Positions 57,403-64,000 of a stretch of DNA of 64,000 nucleotides are shown here, piece by piece. The position numbers were made by a program, and so were the translations under genes. The DNA is taken from positions 628 through 64,627 of the forward strand of contig SFJG01000005.1 of the NCBI GenBank assembly GCA_004555955.1, read 5' to 3'. The DNA is from Bacteroidales bacterium. Lineage in GTDB: Bacteria; Bacteroidota; Bacteroidia; Bacteroidales; Muribaculaceae. The first letter of the stretch is position 1. Each line of letters opens with the position of its first letter. The notes under the pieces are model-generated. The model was not told where the DNA came from and did not search any database. It saw only the letters and a program-made list of their open reading frames with translations.

Positions 57403-58088
57403 AAACTCTATACGTCATTCCCGCCCGCGGCGGCAGCAAAGGCATTCCGCACAAAAACATCAAGCCTCTGGCAGGCAAGCCCCTGATAGGCTATTCTATC
57501 GACGTTGCCCGTCAACTGGCTGCCGACGACGACATTTGCCTGACCACCGACGACCCCGAAATTGCCGCCACGGCGGAAAGTATGGGCCTCAACGTGCCGT
57601 TTCTGCGTCCGGCAAGCCTCGCCACCGACACTTGCGGCACATACGAAGTGCTAATCCACGCACTCGACTTCTACCGCGACCGCGGCATCGACTACGACAC
57701 GCTCGTGCTGCTACAACCGACGTCGCCGATGCGCACAGCCGACGACGTGCGCGCCGCCCTGGCTCTCTATTCGCCCGACATCGATATGGTGGTAACCGTC
57801 AAAGAAGCCGCCTCAAACCCTTACTACAACTGCTACGAAACCGACAACGACGGTTTTCTGCACATCTCAAAAGGCGATGGCGGCTACACTCGCCGACAAG
57901 ATGCACCTAAGGTGTGGGAATATAACGGCGCCGTATACGTCATCAACGTTGAATCGCTCCGACGTATGCCTTTGTCGGCTTTCACTCGCCGACGAATGTC
58001 GGTAATGCCCGCCGAACGAAGCGTCGACCTCGACACGCCGGTCGACTGGCTAATTGCCGAAAAACTTATCGAAAACTCCAAGCAATAA
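57399..58088 (+). CDS. neuA: N-acylneuraminate cytidylyltransferase (short form)
   Basis: IPARGGSKGIPHKN motif in a 229-aa protein. It overlaps neuC by 4 nt. Confidence 0.9.
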   Translation: MKTLYVIPARGGSKGIPHKNIKPLAGKPLIGYSIDVARQLAADDDICLTTDDPEIAATAESMGLNVPFLRPASLATDTCGTYEVLIHALDFYRDRGIDYDTLVLLQPTSPMRTADDVRAALALYSPDIDMVVTVKEAASNPYYNCYETDNDGFLHISKGDGGYTRRQDAPKVWEYNGAVYVINVESLRRMPLSAFTRRRMSVMPAERSVDLDTPVDWLIAEKLIENSKQ

Positions 58089-58111
58089 TACTTCTACAAT
58101 TTCATCATATT

Positions 58112-59068
58112 ATGAAACGTCTTATAACTCTCGCCTTCGCCATTGTCGCCGTACTGTTCGCCACGGCGCAGACTATGGTGATTTACCCCAAATCGGGTGA
58201 CCCGATTGAATACAAAGTCAGCGAACTCAACAACATCAAATTCTTCCCTGCCGACAGCGAAACGCCTGCCCCCGACGAAGATATAACCGTAACCGAAGTA
58301 TTTTGCCATCGCGCCGAACTCAATATCTACGGCAAATTGTATCGCCCGACATCGGCAACCGTCAACGAAAGTCTTCCGACGGTGATTCTCTCCCACAGCG
58401 CAAACCTCACCGCCGACGCAATGAATGCCTACGCAACAGCGATTGCTAAAGCCGGCTACTGCGCCTACGCCTTCGACTTCTGCGGCGCTTGCGACGAATC
58501 GCGCAGCGACGGCTCGACCGACGAAATGACCCCGTTCACCGAGGTGGAAGACCTCAAAGCGGTAATAGCCACCCTCAAGACTAATCCCGGCGTCGATGCC
58601 GAACGAATCTGCTTGCTCGGCTCGTCGATGGGCGGTTTGGTTTCTGCTCTTACCGCCGAAGACTCTTCGCTCTCGATTGCCGGACTAATCCTCTTCTACC
58701 CGGCATTCAACATCCCCGACCTCGTGGCTATGATGGACCAATTCGGAGGCGGAAGTTTTGGCAGTATGGGCTACAGCGAAGCCTTCTGCAACTCGATGCG
58801 TGGCTACGACGTCTATGCCAACATCGGCACATTCGCTCGCAAAGTGCTCATCTTGCACGGCTCGGAAGACATTATTGTGAAAATTTCATACTCTCAAAAG
58901 GCGGTCGAAACCTATCCCGACGCTACCCTCGTAACCGTCGATGGCGCAAACCACGGCTTCAACGCCGACAATCTCGGCAGTTTCGGTTCTATGGGCGGCA
59001 GCACTGCCGACTACGACGCAATCGTAATTCCGCACGTAATCGACTACCTAAACACTTACTTGAAATAG
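58112..59068 (+). CDS. Secreted alpha/beta hydrolase
   Basis: Signal peptide, the GSSMGG nucleophile elbow, and a late HG..D/H region. Confidence 0.75.
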   Translation: MKRLITLAFAIVAVLFATAQTMVIYPKSGDPIEYKVSELNNIKFFPADSETPAPDEDITVTEVFCHRAELNIYGKLYRPTSATVNESLPTVILSHSANLTADAMNAYATAIAKAGYCAYAFDFCGACDESRSDGSTDEMTPFTEVEDLKAVIATLKTNPGVDAERICLLGSSMGGLVSALTAEDSSLSIAGLILFYPAFNIPDLVAMMDQFGGGSFGSMGYSEAFCNSMRGYDVYANIGTFARKVLILHGSEDIIVKISYSQKAVETYPDATLVTVDGANHGFNADNLGSFGSMGGSTADYDAIVIPHVIDYLNTYLK

Positions 59069-59136
59069 GAAAACGGAAATCGGAAACCGGGGTCAGATTC
59101 CCGATTTCCGATTTCAGATTCCCGATTTCCTAAACC

Positions 59137-60335
59137 CTATTTTACTTTCCAGACGAACATACGGTCGCTTGGACGCACTTTTTCGTCGACACGAATAGAG
59201 AAGCGGTCGCCTTTGACAGCCTTTTCGACAGGCTTAAGGTCAACGCGGATTTCTTCGACCTTCATAATAATCGCTCCGGTGGTTGGTCCGGTGATTACCA
59301 CCTCGTCGCCGACGTGGAGTTCGCCGTTTTCCATCCCTTAGCGGCATAGACCTTGACACGCGTCGCCGACGAGCCGTACTTCCAAGTCCACTCGCCCAAG
59401 CGTTGCCCCAAATAGTAGCCATTCCAGAAGCCGCGATTGAACACTTTCGCCAGTCGCGCATCCCAGTCGGCTATTTTCTCGTCGCCGTAAGTGCCGTCGA
59501 GGTATGCACAAATCGCCTCGTTGTAGCATTGCACCACCGTGCGAACGTATTCCGGACCGCGCGCACGACCTTCGATTTTGAACACACGCACGCCCGAATC
59601 TATCATTTTGTTCAAGAAATGTATGGTTTTCAGGTCTTTAGGCGACATTATATACTTATTATCGACAGCCAATTGGTCGCCGGTTTCGAGGTCGGTCACC
59701 TCGTAGCCGCGCCGACAAATCTGCGTGCATGCGCCGCGATTGGCCGACGAATTCATCTCGTGAAGACTCAGATAGCATTTGCCCGACACCGCCATACACA
59801 GCGCACCATGACAGAACATCTCGATGCGCACCGGCTTGCCGTGTGGCCCTGTAATTCCTTCGCGATTTATCGTCTTGTAGATGCCCGACACCTGGTCGAG
59901 ATTGAGTTCTCGCGCCAAAACAACAACGTCGGCAAACTGCGAATAGAAGCGCACAGCCTCCGAGTTCGACACGTTCAATTGCGTTGAGATATGCACTTCC
60001 ACACCGATTTGACGGGCGTAGGTGATTGCCGCCATGTCGCTGGCTATGATAGCCGTCAGGTGAGCATCGCGCGCCGCTTCGACGATGTGGTGCATCAGTT
60101 CGATATCTTCGTCGTAGACCACCGTATTGACTGTCAGGTAGCTTTTCAGCCCGTGCTCGTTGCACACTCGCGCTATCTCGTGAAGGTCGTCGATGGTGAA
60201 ATTTATCGACGAGCGTGCTCGCATGTTCAAGCCCTCAATACCGAAATATATTGCATCAGCGCCGCCTTGGATTGCCGCATAGAGCGATTCCCACGACCCC
60301 ACAGGCGCCATTATCTCAAACTCTTTTCTGTCCAT
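59137..60335 (-). pseudogene. Peptidase U32-family gene split by a 1-nt frameshift
   Basis: The 346-aa N-terminal part (59295-60335) and the 65-aa U32 C-terminal barrel part (59137-59334) lie in adjacent frames. They switch at a G3 (plus-strand C3) run at 59335-59337. Confidence 0.75.
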
Positions 60336-60408
60336 AAATCTATCGATTCGTTTTGCGCCGACAAAGTTACAACCATTTCAACGAAATACAAAATTACCGC
60401 GACGCCAC

Positions 60409-60439
60409 AAAAAAGGTTGGTAGCGCTATGCCACCAACC
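60409..60439 (-). terminator. Terminator after the LTXXQ gene
   Basis: ggttggt / accaacc hairpin followed by A6 on the plus strand. Confidence 0.6.
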
Positions 60440-60470
60440 CGAAAGCGAGATTAATTGTGAATATTTATAT

Positions 60471-60907
60471 CTATAATTGTCTGCTTATCTTAATTTTCGG
60501 CTCGTATTTGCCTTTCTTGTTGTATTGCTTCTGTTTTTCCTTGCCGGACTTGCGCTTGTTCATCTCATTGCGCATCTTGTCGTAGCTTTTTTTCTCGCGT
60601 TCGTACACTCTCTGTATTTGGCGCGGTGTAAGGGTTTTGCGAAATTTTTTGTAGTATTTTTCGCGAACGCTGATAATCTGCTTGCTTACTTATCGCGAGT
60701 TGCTTTCAGTTCGTCGCGATACGATTTATAGGTATCCGTAAACTCCTTAGCCTTGGCATCGTCGAGCTTCAGGACGCTGACTAATTCTTTGCATTGATAT
60801 TCAACGATTTGTTCTTGCGAAGGACGTTGCTTATTTTCGTCGGCGCGTGCACTAAAGCTGCAAGTGAGCAGCAAGCAAATAGTTGCTAATGTTGCTAAAT
60901 GTTTCAT
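60471..60907 (-). pseudogene. Periplasmic Spy/CpxP-like (LTXXQ motif) protein, interrupted reading frame
   Basis: A signal peptide plus 73 aa (60686-60907) ends at TAA. The next frame continues without a start as VSKQIISVREKYYKKFRKTLTPRQIQRVYE...KIKISRQL* down to 60471. Confidence 0.5.
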
Positions 60908-60920
60908 AATTAGTTAGTTT

Positions 60921-61238
60921 TTATTGTTCGTCAAAATAGATATCACTCTCAGCGAAAGCCACCCATTGTTGGAGCTCTTCGTCGGTCATATACTGTTCGG
61001 GGGCTTCGGCAATTTGTTGGATTGTAGTCGCACTGAGGTCGTCGTTAGCAGCCCTATAGAGAGAATAACCCGTCGCAAATACGATGGCAAACACGGCAGC
61101 CGCCGATGCTGTCAGCCGCACGATGCGCATACGCCGACGGCGAGCAATCTCTTTGCGAAGGCGCTCCGCTGCCGACTCGAAAAAGTCGTCGGGCACCGTG
61201 TACGGAATGCGTCTATCAATTGTGTTCTTCTCGTTCAT
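60921..61238 (-). CDS. Anti-sigma factor-like single-pass membrane protein
   Basis: 105-aa ORF with a central TM (LTASAAAVFAIVFATGYSLY), located immediately downstream of the ECF sigma gene. Confidence 0.6.
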   Translation of the reverse strand: MNEKNTIDRRIPYTVPDDFFESAAERLRKEIARRRRMRIVRLTASAAAVFAIVFATGYSLYRAANDDLSATTIQQIAEAPEQYMTDEELQQWVAFAESDIYFDEQ

Positions 61239-61250
61239 AATGTTGTCTCT

Positions 61251-61775
61251 TTATTCATTCAACAAATACTTCTCAATCTTCTCTTTAGCGTTGTGGTAAG
61301 CCACCTTCAGCGTTGCCGGCGTCGACCCGACGATTTCGCTGATTTCTTCGTAACTCAGCTCGTCATAGTAGCGAAGGTTAAACACCGTGCGCTGCTGACT
61401 GCTGAGCGTCAACAATGCGCGCTGAAAGTCGACAGCCATCTTGTCGTCGTAGTCTACGTAGTCGGACTCCATAAGCCGCGATTGCAACGCCTCATCACCA
61501 TCGACCTGCGACAGCGGCGTCTCGCGGCGACGACTCAAGAACCGCAAACACTCGTTAGTGGCTATGCGGTAAATCCATGCTCGCAGCGACGCAACGTCTT
61601 TCAACCCCGACAGACCTTGATATACCTTTATAAACGTCTCCTGAAGGACGTCGGCGGCATCATCGTGGTCGACAACCATGCGACGTATGTGCCAATATAT
61701 CGGCTTTTGATAGTCTGCCAAAACCGTCTCGAACGTCGGCAAATCTTCTCGTTTATGTAGTCGCAATAGTTTCAT
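61251..61775 (-). CDS. ECF-type RNA polymerase sigma-70 factor
   Basis: Region 2 (DAADVLQETFIKVY) and region 4 (LSYEEISEIVGSTPATLKVAYHNA). Confidence 0.9.
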   Translation of the reverse strand: MKLLRLHKREDLPTFETVLADYQKPIYWHIRRMVVDHDDAADVLQETFIKVYQGLSGLKDVASLRAWIYRIATNECLRFLSRRRETPLSQVDGDEALQSRLMESDYVDYDDKMAVDFQRALLTLSSQQRTVFNLRYYDELSYEEISEIVGSTPATLKVAYHNAKEKIEKYLLNE

Positions 61776-62123
61776 TGTTTGTGTCGCTTATACCTTTTAG
61801 AACAACCGAAACCCGAAAAGTTAAGAACCCGTTTAATAAAAAATGTTAATCAGCAAAACACACAGCCGAGCGCTATGGGAAAGACAAAAAAATAACAGCA
61901 GCCTGTCCTCACGGATGTGCCACTGTCCCCTATGTGTCTGTAATGTGTTATGAGTAGTTTTATTTAACCGTTCAACCAAATAACAATATTACACTCCATC
62001 TTGTTCTACAAAATAAATAAAATTAACCTTATTTAACCAATGAATGCTACACATCGAGCCATAAGAAGCATCCAAAGAAGCCGCACACCACCAAACAATG
62101 CCCCGACACTCTTGCATTTTCAG

Positions 62124-62234
62124 TAAAAATGTGTAACTTTGCGACAAAAGTCGCCCATAAAATGTGTGACAATTCGCAAAAAGTCCCCCATAAAATGTGT
62201 GACTTTAGTCAAAAACTCGGGCATAAAACGTGCA
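62124..62234. repeat. About 3.4 tandem repeats, period 33 bp (ATAAAATGTGTGAC... core)
   Basis: Copies start at 62124, 62157 and 62190, with a partial copy at 62223. The first copy contains a TAACTTTG (-7-like) box. Confidence 0.75.
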
Positions 62235-62669
62235 TCCCACTGTATATCAAGATATTAAAAAAGGACTAAATCCTTGAATGAAGTCAGCACTGAAAAGCCT
62301 ACTCTAATACAAGGCGACTACAACATCGGCAAGAAGGGCAACTTGCTGACTTTGCCGGCTTATACGGCATTCCTGCTGACTGAAATCTAACCTACATTAT
62401 TCACACTTTTCCTACTACAAGGGCTAACTGACAACACCTTAGCGCAATGCTCGCTCTTCCTCTTTAAAGGTAGGATTTACTACATTCTGCATCGTCATCG
62501 CTGTGCTCACGCTAATGCGCCACCATTTAGCCCTTTCGTGACGGAACAGTATGAATAATGCAGGCTAACGAGGGCAAAGCAAATTTTAGCATCATTTCAC
62601 TTTAGTGGGCAATAATATTGCCCATCATCGGGAGTACCTTTGTCGTAGAAATTAAAAACAGCAAAAACG

Positions 62670-62978
62670 ATGAACGTACTCAACAAATCCATCAACTACG
62701 GCGATACGGTCTATGCTCGGCTGACAGTCTACGGCGAGACGATTGCCGAAATTCGTAAAAACGACGCATCGACTGTCGAAGAGGTCATTGCGCGGCTACG
62801 TGCGGCTGCCACGAAATACACCGGGCTGACGAAAATCTACATTCGCAACATGACGCAAGGTTGGGCAGTCCAGTTCCCGTTACTGCTGGTCAAGTCGATT
62901 CTGCAGTTCAAATCGCGTGAACAACTCGTTGCCGAGGGCTATTGTGAGCCCAATGGTCAACTCATCATTCAATTTTAA
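62670..62978 (+). CDS. Hypothetical protein (102 aa)
   Basis: ATG-initiated ORF with no recognisable motif, preceded by about 0.9 kb without long ORFs. Confidence 0.5.
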   Translation: MNVLNKSINYGDTVYARLTVYGETIAEIRKNDASTVEEVIARLRAAATKYTGLTKIYIRNMTQGWAVQFPLLLVKSILQFKSREQLVAEGYCEPNGQLIIQF

Positions 62979-63101
62979 AATTTAAGGTATAATTTAAAAC
63001 ACACAATTATGTTTTCACTGGTTATCATTACATTTTTCGCCTATGTAGGTTGGTGCGAATTCCAAAAAACGTCGTTCTACAAAGCCCTCTGTCAATCGGG
63101 G

Positions 63102-63374
63102 CTAAGGATTGTACATGTCTTTATTGAAGAAATCCATAATCTCAAGCGCGTGCTTGTAGGCAATCGCCGCAGGACTGTCGGGATTGAGGTCAACCGCCGT
63201 TGAATAGTCGTCGAGAGCATGCTTGCGGTCGCCGAGTTTCCAGAAAGCATTGCCGCGAACAAAGTATAGCGCATCGTCGTCGGGACGGTCTGCGATTATC
63301 GCGTTGAGTTGCTCTATGGCTTCTTCAACGCGATTTGCGTTGATAAGGGCTTGTATTTCGGTCAGATTCATCAT
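63102..63374 (-). CDS. Small TPR-repeat protein
   Basis: 90-aa ORF with a TPR-like DALYFVRGNAFWKLGDRKHALDDYSTAVDLNPD segment. Its start overlaps the upstream gene's stop. Confidence 0.8.
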   Translation of the reverse strand: MMNLTEIQALINANRVEEAIEQLNAIIADRPDDDALYFVRGNAFWKLGDRKHALDDYSTAVDLNPDSPAAIAYKHALEIMDFFNKDMYNP

Positions 63375-64000
63375 TTACAAAGTGTAAGATTAACGCGTTG
63401 CTCGGTGACTTCGAGTGTTGCCTGAGCGCCTTCGACGATTGGCAGATTGCGGTCGACATGTCCTATGGGGAAATGGAGCGCAACAGGAATATCGAGGTCG
63501 CTGACGAAACGTGCAAGCATTTCCTCCATCGTTTGATGGTCGCGGTCGGGCTTATAGTCAGTAAATTGACCGAAAACGATGCCGCGCGTCCGGGCGAGTG
63601 TGCCGTTAAGGCGCAGATTGTAGAGTTGACGTTCGACGTTATAGATTGGCTCTGCGATGTCTTCGATAAATAGGATGTTGTCGCGCGTAAACAGGTCCCA
63701 CTTCGAGTCGATGATGGCGGCGAGCACGGCGAGATTGCCGCCGACAATGGTACCTTGGGCAACGCCGAGGCGGTTGTCGGGGCGACCGGGTTCGCTATAG
63801 GAGGGGAATTCGCCGCTGAGAATTGCGCGAAGCGAGGCGGAGCAGTCGTCGTCGGGACGTTCGGTCAGATGCTTCGCCATCGACGAGTGGATACTTGCAA
63901 CTCCGGCTCGATGAGCGGCGGCATGGAGCAACGAAATGTCGCTAAAACCGATAATCCATTTCGGGTCGTCGACGAAATCGGCATCGCGGAGTCCTTCCAA
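63371..64000 (-). CDS. LD-carboxypeptidase (S66 family), N-terminus beyond the window
   Basis: GFSDISLLHAA nucleophile motif and a C-terminal FPIGH. The ORF runs off the right edge. Confidence 0.85.
   Translation of the reverse strand: MEGLRDADFVDDPKWIIGFSDISLLHAAAHRAGVASIHSSMAKHLTERPDDDCSASLRAILSGEFPSYSEPGRPDNRLGVAQGTIVGGNLAVLAAIIDSKWDLFTRDNILFIEDIAEPIYNVERQLYNLRLNGTLARTRGIVFGQFTDYKPDRDHQTMEEMLARFVSDLDIPVALHFPIGHVDRNLPIVEGAQATLEVTEQRVNLTLCK

Noticed and set aside
60477-60731. 84-aa plus-strand ORF
   Set aside because: It is the mirror of the Lys-rich 3' half of the interrupted LTXXQ gene on the minus strand.
62391-62564. Retron msr-msd-like element (flanking inverted repeats around a structured core)
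   Set aside because: No reverse transcriptase (no YxDD-containing ORF) lies downstream or anywhere else in the window. The next gene is a 102-aa protein.
63009-63203. 64-aa plus-strand ORF with a hydrophobic N-terminus
   Set aside because: Two thirds of it overlaps the TPR gene on the opposite strand, and only about 30 codons are unique. The evidence is insufficient.

Overview
No tools were used, and every family call rests on motifs read by eye from the ORF track and the DNA. The window looks like a Bacteroidota/Bacteroidales chromosome. The evidence is a T9SS C-terminal sorting tail, a DapL-type aminotransferase, TTTG / TAnnTTTG promoter boxes, tightly coupled genes without obvious Shine-Dalgarno sites, and the dcw gene order.

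Layout:
- 1-15.7 kb: complete dcw cell-wall/division cluster (ftsL-like end, ftsI, murE, mraY, murD, ftsW, murG, murC, ftsQ, ftsA, ftsZ), then a GatB/YqeY protein and serS.
- 15.8-21.2 kb: a co-directional minus-strand island of ADP-ribose/nucleotide/phosphoester enzymes. It holds an LMW-PTP, a micro-ORF, an NT5C-type deoxyribonucleotidase, an 836-aa ARH-CX5R phosphatase-ARH fusion, an NrtR-like Nudix-wHTH protein and a Rossmann/SLOG-like protein. A 3 x 77-bp palindromic repeat array sits inside it.
- 21.4-33.9 kb: SDR + ATP-grasp pair, MFS, TatD, polyprenyl synthase, lipoprotein, mntP-proA-proB, gamma-CA, aminopeptidase P, a DUF4465-like lipoprotein and murI.
- 34.2-38.1 kb: a tRNA hotspot (tRNA-Pro, tRNA-Gln, tRNA-Asp) containing a visibly AT-rich three-gene operon. 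The operon encodes a CoiA-like Zn-ribbon/PD-(D/E)xK nuclease, an unlisted 47-aa Cys/His micro-ORF and a 118-aa unknown. Extragenic repeats and an orphan holin-M15 endolysin cassette lie in the same stretch.
- 38.1-53.2 kb: trpS, pfkA, a secreted Cys/Lys-rich (CKK)n repeat protein, dapL, asnB, gltD, gltB, a lipoprotein and mutS2.
- 53.2-64 kb: a 4 x 33-bp tandem repeat, a T9SS cargo protein, neuB-neuC-neuA, a secreted alpha/beta hydrolase, a frameshifted U32 peptidase, an ECF sigma/anti-sigma pair with an interrupted LTXXQ protein, a 0.9-kb ORF-poor region with a second 33-bp-period repeat and a candidate structured RNA, a TPR protein and an LD-carboxypeptidase (truncated).

The best candidates for something undescribed are the tRNA-flanked CoiA-like/micro-ORF operon, the ADP-ribose-themed island and the (CKK)n secreted protein. 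No CRISPR array, integrase, transposase or reverse transcriptase was seen.
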